A stretch of 64,000 nucleotides of DNA from Micromonospora sp. NPDC093277 (GTDB lineage: Bacteria; Actinomycetota; Actinomycetes; Mycobacteriales; Micromonosporaceae): positions 382,697-446,696 of the forward strand of contig NZ_JBIWJO010000006.1 of NCBI RefSeq assembly GCF_044765245.1. The letters are read 5' to 3'. Below the pieces are notes generated by a model. That model was not told the origin of the DNA. It saw only the letters and a list, made by a program, of their open reading frames with translations, and ran no database searches. This document shows positions 53,658 through 63,026 of the stretch, piece by piece (the first letter of the stretch is position 1; each line of letters starts with the position of its first letter). Position numbers and translations under genes: made by a program.

Positions 53658-54302
53658 ATGCTGCCGAACGCGATCAGGTCGGATGTCGAGAAGCTGTGGG
53701 CTTACCACAACATGGGTCACAGCTTGCGACCGTGCGATGCGGGCATCGGGCTCGGCAGCCATGATCTTGGTGTAGCGATCATCGCTGCCGAACTGTTCCA
53801 CCGGGACATGTACCCGTGGTTAGTATTCAGCGGCGCGAACGCGCCGACCACCATCGAGCGGTTTCCGCAGGGCGAGGCGGTCGCCTACCGGGACTACGCG
53901 GTAGAACACGGCGTGCCCGCCGATGCCATCCTGATCGACCCGACCGCGACGAACACCGAGCAGAACATCAAGTTCTCCCGGACGCTGCTGGAGGAGCAAG
54001 GGCTTGCTGTGTCCTCGGTGCTGCTGATGTCGCGGCCCTATCAGCAGCGCCGGGCGTACGCGACGTGCAAGAAGCTGTGGCCCGAGGTGGATGTGATCTG
54101 CTACTCGCGTCCGCTGACGCTGGACGACTACGTGACCAGCATCGGCGACACGAAGAAGGTCGTGGACATGCTGGTGGGCGATACACAGCGCATCGAGGTC
54201 TACGCCGAGCGGGGCTTTGCCATTCCGCAGCCGATGCCCGACGAGGTCAAGGAGGCGTTCACGCGTCTGGTGGCCGCAGGGTACGTGAGCCGCCTGGTGT
54301 AG
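53658..54302 (+). CDS. DUF218 (YdcF/SanA-like) domain protein
   Basis: Family-level similarity to YdcF-like proteins (LVFSGANAPTTIERFPQGEAVAYRDYAVEHGVPADAILID). Confidence 0.7.
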   Translation: MLPNAIRSDVEKLWAYHNMGHSLRPCDAGIGLGSHDLGVAIIAAELFHRDMYPWLVFSGANAPTTIERFPQGEAVAYRDYAVEHGVPADAILIDPTATNTEQNIKFSRTLLEEQGLAVSSVLLMSRPYQQRRAYATCKKLWPEVDVICYSRPLTLDDYVTSIGDTKKVVDMLVGDTQRIEVYAERGFAIPQPMPDEVKEAFTRLVAAGYVSRLV

Positions 54303-54303
54303 G

Positions 54304-54723
54304 TCACCATTGCGGCGGCGAGGGCCGCACCCCCATCCGGTAGGCGAGGTCAAGGGCAAGCCTGGGCGGGCGCGGGCGGCTGAGGATGTCGCGAACCGCC
54401 ATGCGAGACAGGCGGTGGTATCTGACTTGCTCGGGTGCGATCTGCTCGGCGTTAAGCAGCTCCGTCAACGCGTCGTTGATTCGGTTGTAGCGAACGTACG
54501 CACGAGCGACCTCAATCGCGTGGCGGACGCGTCGCTCGACGGGCAGCCGACTGGTGTCGGCGCGGGAGCGGTCCACCTCGAACCCAGCACTGTCGTGCGT
54601 GGATCCTGATCGGTGCGCCTGCTCGATCGTGGTTGCCCGCTGGCCCGGGCGGGAAACCTGGGCCCTGCGCGGAGCGCTGCGCCTGGACCTTACCGGGTTC
54701 GCACAGGTGCTCAACCTCGCCAC
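54304..54723 (-). pseudogene. possible 3' fragment of an XRE/TPR-type regulator
   Basis: C-terminal style motif LNAEQIAPEQVRYHRLSRMAVRDIL. No N-terminal domain upstream. Overlaps a plus-strand HTH-like ORF. Confidence 0.2.
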
Positions 54724-54880
54724 CGCAACGGTGCTGGCCTGGGAGAGCCCGCCGTCACGTCTGCCACGCCTGACCGACCAGACCGCGCTGGACCGGGTGC
54801 TGGCGCGGGCGACCCCGGATGCCCGCGCGAGATTCCAGCTGTTGCTGCACGGCGAACAGCGCCAATCGGTCGGGACGTGA
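54640..54880 (+). CDS. short XRE-like HTH protein (possible remnant)
   Basis: HTH-like segment WALRGALRLDLTGFAQVLNLATATVLAWES. Start unclear. Confidence 0.25.
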
Positions 54881-55096
54881 CGCAGACGGATCCGGGGGCG
54901 TCAGCGACGCGGCCCGTACGCCGAGAGGAGCCGGGTCTCGACCGGTGTGCCGGCCTGCCGGCCGGCACGGATCCGCCACAGGCCGCAGTGGCAGGACTGG
55001 TAGTGCAGGGTCCCCTCGCTCGTCCGGTGCCGGGACCGGGTTCGCCAGACGTGCCCGTCGCTGTCGCTCATGTGCCCAGCCTGCTGTAATGGCATT

Positions 55097-55618
55097 ATGC
55101 ATCTCAACCCTTACGGGGCCGAGCCGGTGCGGCTGGCCGCCGACCTGGCGAACGACCCGCCGCGGTCGGTCGCGGAACTGGCCCGCCGATGCCGGGCAGC
55201 CGGGGTGGTGATGGACATGCCGGTACGCGACGACGATCTCCCGGTCGCCCTCCGGCTGGTCGAGGAGTGGTCTGAAATCGTCGACGCCGGTTCGGCGGAC
55301 GAGCGCGCGGAGCTGCTCAACCGGATGCTCGCCAGCGCGTCGACGTACCCCCGGCTCACCGACCACGGCGACGGACGCTGGCACCTGCACTACCGGGACG
55401 ACGGGGTGCCGCTGTCGGTGGTGCTCCGCGCCCTGATCAGCGTCGGCACCGCTCTGCACCTGACCGTCCGGGGCATGGACCGGCTGGGCCGGTGCGCCCT
55501 CGACGGCTGCCGGACGATCTACGCCGACCTGTCCCGGAACGGCCGGCAGCGCTACTGCTCGCCCCGCTGCGCCAACCGCGACGCGGTACGCCGGCACCGG
55601 GCCCGGATCGGCCCGTAG
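55097..55618 (+). CDS. CGNR zinc-finger (ABATE) domain protein
   Basis: C-terminal CxxC...YCSPRCANR motif (CALDGCRTIYADLSRNGRQRYCSPRCANR). Confidence 0.7.
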   Translation: MHLNPYGAEPVRLAADLANDPPRSVAELARRCRAAGVVMDMPVRDDDLPVALRLVEEWSEIVDAGSADERAELLNRMLASASTYPRLTDHGDGRWHLHYRDDGVPLSVVLRALISVGTALHLTVRGMDRLGRCALDGCRTIYADLSRNGRQRYCSPRCANRDAVRRHRARIGP

Positions 55619-55763
55619 GGTCGAGCCCCACGCGTGCCGGTCGACCGCAGCCGGATCCACAATGGATGATACAGGCGATGCACGCACTCCGTTACCTTGG
55701 AACCGGCAGCACTCACTCCTGACGTACCCGTGGCCCAGCCCACCGGACCCGACAAGGAGACCC

Positions 55764-55997
55764 ATGACCTTGGCACCTCCACCGCACCCGCCGCCGGCCA
55801 CCGGTCTCCGGCGAGCCGCCGCGCCCACCGGCCTGATCCTGGGCCTGGGTGCCCCCACCTCCGACAACGGCTGGCTCGCCCTCGGCGGGATCGTGCTCGC
55901 GGTGATCGCTGCGGCGCTGGCCGTCGCCGAATGGCGACGAAGCCACCCGGACGAACAGGAACCGACCGAGGAGCAACCCGACGAGGGTTCCGCATGA
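55764..55997 (+). CDS. small membrane protein (hypothetical)
   Basis: 77 aa. Pro-rich N-terminus, one TM (GLILGLG...IVLAVIAAALAV), acidic tail. Confidence 0.3.
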   Translation: MTLAPPPHPPPATGLRRAAAPTGLILGLGAPTSDNGWLALGGIVLAVIAAALAVAEWRRSHPDEQEPTEEQPDEGSA

Positions 55998-56065
55998 GCG
56001 CCGCGGCCGGCCTGCTCGGCGGATAAGCAGTCGCGCCGGGCCCCGATCTTCGGCACGCTGGCCGG

Positions 56066-56467
56066 ATGGTTTCCTTCATCTCGCACACCAGCGTCGACTG
56101 TGCCGATGCCTACGCCCTGTCGTCCTGGTGGCGGCTCGTGCTGGACTACACCGAGGATCCGGCGGATCCCAACGAGCCCGGCCACGAGGAGTGCATGATC
56201 CAGTCGCCGGACGGGCGGCATCGCCTGCTCTTCATCGAGGTGCCGGAGCCGAAGCAGATCAAGAACCGGATTCATTTTGACCTGCGCCCGCGGGAAGGCC
56301 TGCGCGACGAGGAACTGGCGCGGCTGGTCGCCCTCGGCGCGACCAAGGTCGACGACCGGCGGAACCCCGACGGGACCGGATGGGTGGTGCTGGCCGACCC
56401 GGAGGGCAACGAGTTCTGCATCCTGCGCAGCGAGGCCGAGGTGGCCGCCACCCGCGCTGTCAGCTGA
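56066..56467 (+). CDS. VOC/glyoxalase-like domain protein
   Basis: 133 aa with VOC-type pattern (RIHFDLRP...GWVVLADPEGNEFCIL). Confidence 0.7.
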   Translation: MVSFISHTSVDCADAYALSSWWRLVLDYTEDPADPNEPGHEECMIQSPDGRHRLLFIEVPEPKQIKNRIHFDLRPREGLRDEELARLVALGATKVDDRRNPDGTGWVVLADPEGNEFCILRSEAEVAATRAVS

Positions 56468-57053
56468 AGGTCGACGCGGGGGTGAGCCGCCGCAGACGTC
56501 GGTTCCACCACCGGGGACGGGTGTGGGCCAGCCGCACCAGCCGCCGGTGCTCCCAGTGCTGGTAGGCGATGAGCAGCGGCACGAGTCCGAGCATGGCCGC
56601 CGACAGGCGTACGCGGGCGCCGCGGTTCTCGCGTGCGACGGCCAGCAGGCCGGCCACGCCGGAGCAGTAGAGGATCGGGTTGTAGTAGGGCATCAGCTCG
56701 GGTCCCAGCCCCTCGCAGTCCTCCAACCATGGGAGACCTGCTCTGGTGGGACGGGTCGGCCAACCGAGCAGGTGGGCCGAGACAGCGGCGAGGCCGAAGC
56801 CGTTGGCCGCGGCCAGCAGTTTGTCGGCGGAGGCGTCCCGAGTGCTCGCCACGAGGACGCCTCCGGTGACGGCGGTCCAGAACCCCGCGGCGGCGTACGG
56901 CCCGACGACCGAGGCGAGCGGCAAGCCCACGCCGGCGCCCAGCTCGAAGGCCACGTGCGCCGCCAGGCTGACCACGGTCAGTTGCGTCAGGGGCCGCCGA
57001 GTTCCGGTCACTGTCGGCCGAACGCGAGGTGTACGTTTCGCAAGCCCCGCCAT
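56460..57053 (-). CDS. hypothetical integral membrane protein
   Basis: 197 aa with four predicted TM helices. No family recognised. Confidence 0.45.
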   Translation of the reverse strand: MAGLAKRTPRVRPTVTGTRRPLTQLTVVSLAAHVAFELGAGVGLPLASVVGPYAAAGFWTAVTGGVLVASTRDASADKLLAAANGFGLAAVSAHLLGWPTRPTRAGLPWLEDCEGLGPELMPYYNPILYCSGVAGLLAVARENRGARVRLSAAMLGLVPLLIAYQHWEHRRLVRLAHTRPRWWNRRLRRLTPASTFS

Positions 57054-57258
57054 TCCGCCTCACCCCTTCGTGGCAGCCCCGCCCCCGAATGTCCGACTTT
57101 GGGCCTATACCCCATTCACAGCGAGGCATTCGTCAGGCCGGCGGCCGACCGGACAGGGCTGGTGAGACTCTTCCCCGGCGTCTCGCCCGGGTCCTGGCCG
57201 GGAAACGACCACGCCGGCCGGGACCGTGTGGTCCCGGCCGGCGCGCTGGTCGTACCCG

Positions 57259-60200
57259 TCAGCTGATCAGCTTCCAGGGACCGTTCGGGTCACCCGGCGT
57301 CTGGTTGCGGGTGTACCACTTCGCCTCGTACACGTGCTTCTGGTACGTCACCCGGTCGCCGGTGTTGTACACCGTCGTCGGGGTCCACGCCGCCGGGCCG
57401 TTGTCCGGCGCCGGCGGGGCGATCTCCTCCCAGGGACCGTTCGGGTTGCCGGGCTGCTCGTTGCGGGCGTACCAGCGGGCCCGGAACTTCTTGTCCTGGT
57501 AGGTCACGACGTCGCCGGCGTTGAAGATCCGGGACGCGGTCCAGACCGTGACGCCGTCCTCGGTCATGGCCAGTTCCTGCCACGCACCGTTCGGGTCGCC
57601 CGGCTTCTGGTTCTTGCTCGCCCAGGCGGCCAGGTACGGCTTGCCCTGGTAGCTGACCTTGGCATCGGCCTTGTACTGCGTCGACGCGCTCCACTCCGGA
57701 GGCAGCTTCACCGTCACGGTGACGGTGGCCTGGGCCGGGTCGAGCTGGTCACTGCCCGAGTACGACGCGGTCAGCTTGTGCTCGCCGGCGGCCAGACCGG
57801 CCGGCAGCGGGAAGGTCGCCGTGTTGCCCGACAGCGTGACCGAGCCGCGCACCGTGGCACCCTCGCGCAGTTCGACGGTGCCGGTCACCGGCGCACTGCC
57901 CGCGGTGACCTTGACCGTCACCGTCGCCGCGGTGCCCCAGTCGGGCGACGTGGCCGTCGCCGTCACGGTCGGCTCGCCCTTGCGGGTACGGAACACGGCG
58001 GGCTGGGCCACCGCCACGCCGCCGTCGGCGCTCTTCGCCTCGACGATCCAGCCGTACGACGTGGCCGGCGCCAGCTTCGACCAGGTCACCGTGGCCGTCC
58101 CGTTCGCCGTCACCTCGTCCGTGCCGATGACGCCGGACGGCACGTACGCCGCCAGCGAGTCGGTGGCGAAGGACGTCTTGCGGGTGGTGAGGTCGACCGG
58201 CAGGGTCAGGTTGTCCTCCGCGCCGTTGTAGCGCGGCTTGGTCTGGCTGCCGTCCTGGCGGATGTCGTACTCGGTCGCCCCGTAGTTGTCGAGGAACGGC
58301 GAGTACGTGTCGATGTGCATCACGGAGCGGTCGACGTCGAACTGCAGCAGGCGCAGGAAGCTGGCGCCGAACTGGAGCCGGTCGCCCGCCTTGTGGTCCG
58401 GGGTGCCGTCGCCGTTGAGGTCGATGTTGCCGCTTCCGTCGACCAGGTTGGGCCAGAGCTCACCGGCCGACACCGTGTAGAACTGGTAGTCCGCCAGCAG
58501 CTCGACCACGTCGTGGGCGACGGTCACGCCGACCTTCGACTTCACGTTGGTGCCGACGCCGTGCTCGTGGCCGGCGAGGACCAGGAAGACGTTCGGGTTG
58601 TTCTCCACCACCTGCTTGTAGAGCGGCGAGCCGTCGGGCGCGGAGAACTCCGCTCCCCGGCCGTCAGGGTTGGTCGACGGCTTGAGGTAGTCGTGCGACA
58701 GCAGGATCCCGTTGCGGTCCTTGTACCGCTTGAAGATCGAGTCGGCCCACTTGGCCTCCGGCGCGGTGACGCCGTACGACAAGCCGACCGCGACGAAGTC
58801 CAGGCCGCCGGCCGAGAACAGGACGTAGTTGTTCTGGTTGTCCTTGCCGGGCGTCACGGTGCCGTCGGCGTTGGTCTTCTCGTCCCACGCGTGGTACTCG
58901 GTGCCCGCCGGCCACGACTCGGCCACCCCGTAGTACCGGTCGGCGCTGAACGTCTTGCTGAACCGGGAGTCGGGTCCGGTCTCGGCGCCGAGCTGGTCGT
59001 CGTGGTTACCCGCGATGACCTGGTTCACCACGCCGCTGTCGTCGAGGATCTTCTGGTAGCTGGAGGCGGCCGCCAGTTCCTTGTCGACCTGCTCGTTCAG
59101 GCCGGGCCGCTGCAGCGAGCCGTCCGGGTTCTTCGCCAGCGGGTCGTAGTAGTCGTTCTCGATGATGTCGCCGGTGTGCGCGGTGTACGCGATCTTGCGG
59201 CCGTCCTGGTTGTCGGCGATCCACTGGGTCGTGTCGCGGTACGCCGCCGCCCAGATCGCCTGCTCCTCGGCCGTCTCGATGTCCGACGGCTCCTGCTTGC
59301 CGTTCCAGTTGTCGTACGTGCCGCCGGCCGCGCCCTCCGTGAGGTACTGCGTGTCGGTGAAGTGCGCGAGCGCGAAGTCGTACGAGTCGGGGTCCTCGAA
59401 GTGGTCCTTGTCGTTCTGCGCGGACGAGTCGCGCGGCGACAGGTCGTCGGCGAACGGGTCCTCGCCGGTGACCAGGACATGCACGGCGCCGCCGTCGCGG
59501 TAGTCGTCGCCGAGCGGCGCGGCCAGCACGGTGTTCTGCTCGGCCGCACCGCGGGAACTGGTGAGCACGACCCACTTCTTGTGGGCCGGGTCCCACACGC
59601 GCAGCGCCACGACCCGCTCGGGATCGATGGTGCCCTCCCAGCGCAGGGTCGGCGTGGCGGCCTTGCCCACGTTCAGGTCGTACCGTTGGAACACCACGTC
59701 CCGGCCGGACGGGGTGTCGACGGTCTGACCGTCGAGCGGGCGCAGCGAGTCGACCTTGACCGTCGCGTCGTGCGCCACGTCGAGGGTGGTCGGCACCGCC
59801 GTCGCCTCGCCCTGGTAGCCGGCGGAGGGCAGGACGATGTCCGCCTTGGTGAACGTGGCGGTGAGCGGCACACCGTCCACGGCGGGAATGGCCGCCGAGA
59901 GCACGGCGGAGGGTTCGTTGCTGTCGGTCACGTTCGCGCTGAGCGCGGTCGGGACGTCCGGGATGTTCGCGCTGGTGAAGTGGATCTCCCGGGTGGCCGT
60001 GTTGCCGAGGGCGTCGGTCGCGGTGACGGCGATCGTGTGCGCCCCGGCGGGCAGGCCGTGGCCGATCTGGTCGCCCTGGGCGACCGGGTTGCCGTCCAGC
60101 GTGATCGCCGGCGTGCCGGCGACACCCGAGGCGTCCTTGATCTCGACGATCAGCGCCACGGTCGAGGTCAGCTTCTGGCCCTCGGCGGGAACGCTGCTCG

Positions 60201-62235
60201 CGACCACGGGCGCGTTGTTGTCGGTGGTGAAGCGCCGGGTCGAGGTCTTGTCACCGACGACGGCCTTGATGGTGTGCTCGCCGTCCGAGAGCTCGGTGGT
60301 GTCGACGTCCGCGCGCCGGCCGAGGGCGGGCAGCGGGTCACCGTTCGTGGCGGCGATGTCGAACAGGATGGTCTTGGTCAGCGTGGGGTTGTGGCTGCTG
60401 CCGCAGGTGCCGTCACCGATGTACACGGTCACGGGCTGGCCCGCGGGGTAGCTCGCCGAACCGATCGTGACGGTGCTCTCGGCGATCTCCCGGGTCAGCT
60501 GCGTCGCCTTGCCGTCCACCGGAGCGATTTCGAAGTCCCGCAGCGTGTAGTCGTCGTAGTTGTCGCAGCCGCCCGGCTTGGTGCTGCCGTGGTCGCTGCC
60601 GGCGACGAACTCGAGGACGTTGACGCCCGGGGAGAGCCACTCGTTGGGGAAGGTGAGCTCGGCGACCTCCTTCTCCCAGATGCCGAGGTCCAGCGGGATG
60701 CCGTTGATCAGCACCTTGTTGTCGTAGCCGTTGTCGCTGCCGTTACCGCCGACGAACACCCGCAGGTGCGCGTCGCCGCCGGCGCGAAGGGTCTCGATGG
60801 TGCGCGTCGTCGGCGCCCCGGCGACGTCGAAGTGGAACTCGGCCTCCTTGTTGGCGCCGCAGGTGCCGTCGCCCAACCCGAGCGAGGCGGCCGTGGTCAC
60901 CGCCTTCGTCACCGAGGTGCCGTCGGTGGTGACGAGGTACGTCGTACCCGTGGTCACCGTCCCCGCCGTGCTGAGCGCGAGGTTGACCGTGCCACGGGTG
61001 ATCTTGAAGTCGTCGTGGTTCGCGCAGGTCTGCCCGTTCAGGGTGCCGTTGTAGTCCCCGGTCTTGACCTGGACGACGTTGTCCCCGAGGTGCAGGTACC
61101 GGTGGGGGAACTCGATCGTCACGTTTTCCGCGCCGCTGACGCCGTAGTCGCCGCCGAGGTCGACGCGGTTGCCGTTGACCAGCAGGTAGTTGTGGTACTT
61201 CGCCTCGAGCGAGTTGCCCGCCTCGATCGTGAGGCCGAGGGTCGCGGTGCCCGCGGCGAGCGTCTCGGCGTTCTCCGCCGGGTCGTCGTCGACGGCCAGC
61301 GACTCGACGGTGCCGGCGTCGGCGTCACGCACGGCGGCGATCACCGGCTGCGTGCCGCGGACGAGCGCGCCGTCGGCCGGGGTCACCTTCGGCGCGCCGG
61401 CGGGCGCGTTGTTGACCCGGACGGTGACCTGGGTCGTGGCACCCGACTTGGTGGTCGCGGCGACGGTGTGGGTGCCGTTGGACAGCTTGGTGGTGTCCAG
61501 GTCGGCGCTGAGCCCGGCGGTGTTGCCGGGCTCGCCGGAGACGACGAAGGTCAGGTCCTGCGACAGCAGCCGGGACGAGCTGCCGCAGGTGCCGTCGCCG
61601 AAGGTGTAGCTGAAGTTGTTCTGCTCACCGTCGGCCACGACACCGAGCAGGCTCAGGCTGATGCTGCTCAGCGCGAAGTCGTCGTAGTTGGGGCAGCGCA
61701 GGCCTTCTCCGTTGGGCAACTGGTTCACGCCAACGGCATTGGCGTTGGTGGTGTCCACCCAGTTCCATCCGGCCCGCACGGTGATCTTGTTGACCCCGGA
61801 GTGCAGCCACGCGCCGGGGAAGTCGAGGGTGCCGCTGCGCCCGCCGGCAATGTTGGGGAAGAAGATCTGGTCGGCCTCGGCCGTGTGGTCGTTGACCGTG
61901 ATGTAGTTGTGGTAGCGGGCCTCGGTGCCGTTGCCGCCCATGTCGAACCCGAAGTGCGCGGTACCCGCGGTCCGGTCGGCGTCCACGGTGTGGCCGTCGA
62001 CCGACAGCGAGACGACCGAGTCGTCGTCGACGGTCGGTTCGGCGTTGACCTTGACGGTGCCTTCCAGCGTCTGTCCGTCACTCAGGTCGAGCACCGGCGC
62101 GCTGCCGGTGGCCGGCGCCGCGTCCGCCACGGTGGGGGCGAACGCGGCGGTCGAGCCGCCGACGAGCGCGACGGCCAGCATGGACGTGAGCAGACGCGCC
62201 CAGGTGCCGTCCCTGCGTTGCGGTAAAGGTGTCAT
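57259..62235 (-). CDS. giant secreted multidomain protein: three LamG/jelly-roll-like repeats, Ig-like domains, calcineurin-like metallophosphoesterase, Ig-like domains, three C-terminal CBM5/12 modules
   Basis: ATG 62235 after AAGGAG. Signal peptide. Metallophosphoesterase motifs (GDIIENDYYD, AGNHDD, LAGHEHG). Three repeats of the W..G(D/N)P NGPW..(I/L) CBM5/12 type. The ORF-track 5' extension was rejected. Confidence 0.8.
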   Translation of the reverse strand: MTPLPQRRDGTWARLLTSMLAVALVGGSTAAFAPTVADAAPATGSAPVLDLSDGQTLEGTVKVNAEPTVDDDSVVSLSVDGHTVDADRTAGTAHFGFDMGGNGTEARYHNYITVNDHTAEADQIFFPNIAGGRSGTLDFPGAWLHSGVNKITVRAGWNWVDTTNANAVGVNQLPNGEGLRCPNYDDFALSSISLSLLGVVADGEQNNFSYTFGDGTCGSSSRLLSQDLTFVVSGEPGNTAGLSADLDTTKLSNGTHTVAATTKSGATTQVTVRVNNAPAGAPKVTPADGALVRGTQPVIAAVRDADAGTVESLAVDDDPAENAETLAAGTATLGLTIEAGNSLEAKYHNYLLVNGNRVDLGGDYGVSGAENVTIEFPHRYLHLGDNVVQVKTGDYNGTLNGQTCANHDDFKITRGTVNLALSTAGTVTTGTTYLVTTDGTSVTKAVTTAASLGLGDGTCGANKEAEFHFDVAGAPTTRTIETLRAGGDAHLRVFVGGNGSDNGYDNKVLINGIPLDLGIWEKEVAELTFPNEWLSPGVNVLEFVAGSDHGSTKPGGCDNYDDYTLRDFEIAPVDGKATQLTREIAESTVTIGSASYPAGQPVTVYIGDGTCGSSHNPTLTKTILFDIAATNGDPLPALGRRADVDTTELSDGEHTIKAVVGDKTSTRRFTTDNNAPVVASSVPAEGQKLTSTVALIVEIKDASGVAGTPAITLDGNPVAQGDQIGHGLPAGAHTIAVTATDALGNTATREIHFTSANIPDVPTALSANVTDSNEPSAVLSAAIPAVDGVPLTATFTKADIVLPSAGYQGEATAVPTTLDVAHDATVKVDSLRPLDGQTVDTPSGRDVVFQRYDLNVGKAATPTLRWEGTIDPERVVALRVWDPAHKKWVVLTSSRGAAEQNTVLAAPLGDDYRDGGAVHVLVTGEDPFADDLSPRDSSAQNDKDHFEDPDSYDFALAHFTDTQYLTEGAAGGTYDNWNGKQEPSDIETAEEQAIWAAAYRDTTQWIADNQDGRKIAYTAHTGDIIENDYYDPLAKNPDGSLQRPGLNEQVDKELAAASSYQKILDDSGVVNQVIAGNHDDQLGAETGPDSRFSKTFSADRYYGVAESWPAGTEYHAWDEKTNADGTVTPGKDNQNNYVLFSAGGLDFVAVGLSYGVTAPEAKWADSIFKRYKDRNGILLSHDYLKPSTNPDGRGAEFSAPDGSPLYKQVVENNPNVFLVLAGHEHGVGTNVKSKVGVTVAHDVVELLADYQFYTVSAGELWPNLVDGSGNIDLNGDGTPDHKAGDRLQFGASFLRLLQFDVDRSVMHIDTYSPFLDNYGATEYDIRQDGSQTKPRYNGAEDNLTLPVDLTTRKTSFATDSLAAYVPSGVIGTDEVTANGTATVTWSKLAPATSYGWIVEAKSADGGVAVAQPAVFRTRKGEPTVTATATSPDWGTAATVTVKVTAGSAPVTGTVELREGATVRGSVTLSGNTATFPLPAGLAAGEHKLTASYSGSDQLDPAQATVTVTVKLPPEWSASTQYKADAKVSYQGKPYLAAWASKNQKPGDPNGAWQELAMTEDGVTVWTASRIFNAGDVVTYQDKKFRARWYARNEQPGNPNGPWEEIAPPAPDNGPAAWTPTTVYNTGDRVTYQKHVYEAKWYTRNQTPGDPNGPWKLIS

Positions 62236-62249
62236 GCTGCGGTATCTCC

Positions 62250-63026
62250 TTAACTGGCGGCGAAGAGGCGTATCGCGGCGACCGCGACCAGGCCGACGCC
62301 GAACAACGTGATGCCGGCGGCGGCGAGTACCGGGGCCACCCGGGTGGCCAGTCGTAGGACATTGCGCGACCGGGCGCCGCGGACGACCACCGAGCTGCCG
62401 GCGACCGCGAGCAGCCCGACACCGAACAACACGACGGCCATGCCGACGCCGAACGTCAGGACCAGCAGCAGCGCGAATCCGGCGCGCCCGATGAACAACC
62501 CGCTCGCCAGCACGAGGAAGGCGGCCGGCGACGGGGTGAGGCCCCCGGAGATGCCGAGCAGGAGCAGGCCGGGCCGGTTGCCGCTGGCGTGGTCGTGACT
62601 GTGCGGGTGGTGGTGATCGTGGGTGTGGGTGTGACCGCCGGAGTTGCCGCGAAGGTGCCGGCGTGCCAGCCAGAGGCCGGTGGCCAGCACGAGCAGGCCG
62701 GCGCCCAGTTGCAGCCAGCTCGTGAGCTGCTCCATCCGGATGACGTCCGAGAGGGACAGGAACGCCCACGCCACGCCGATCAACAGCACGGAGAGCGTGT
62801 GCATCACCGCCACCGAGCCGCCCAACCAGGCGGCGTCGCGGATCCTGCCCCGCGACCCGACGAGGTAGGCCGCGGCCAGGCTCTTGCCGTGCCCCGGCGC
62901 CACCGCATGGCCGGCACCGGCGACGAACGCGAGCAGGAACGCCAGCGGCGGCACGCCCGGTGAGTGGATCAGGTCCTGCAGCCGGTCCGAGACGGACGCG
63001 GCATCCACGACGAGGGCCGTTGTCAT
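62250..63026 (-). CDS. NicO/RcnA-family nickel/cobalt efflux permease
   Basis: ATG 63026. HAVAPGHGKSLAAAYLVG signature. His-rich loop GGHTHTHDHHHPHSHDH. Six TM. Confidence 0.7.
   Translation of the reverse strand: MTTALVVDAASVSDRLQDLIHSPGVPPLAFLLAFVAGAGHAVAPGHGKSLAAAYLVGSRGRIRDAAWLGGSVAVMHTLSVLLIGVAWAFLSLSDVIRMEQLTSWLQLGAGLLVLATGLWLARRHLRGNSGGHTHTHDHHHPHSHDHASGNRPGLLLLGISGGLTPSPAAFLVLASGLFIGRAGFALLLVLTFGVGMAVVLFGVGLLAVAGSSVVVRGARSRNVLRLATRVAPVLAAAGITLFGVGLVAVAAIRLFAAS

Noticed and set aside
54755-56275. 506-aa minus-strand ORF
   Set aside because: Antisense to the CGNR and VOC genes and the small membrane ORF. Low-complexity translation.
57226-62226. 1666-aa plus-strand ORF
   Set aside because: Mirror antisense of the giant secreted protein gene. 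The minus frame carries signal peptide, phosphoesterase and CBM motifs.
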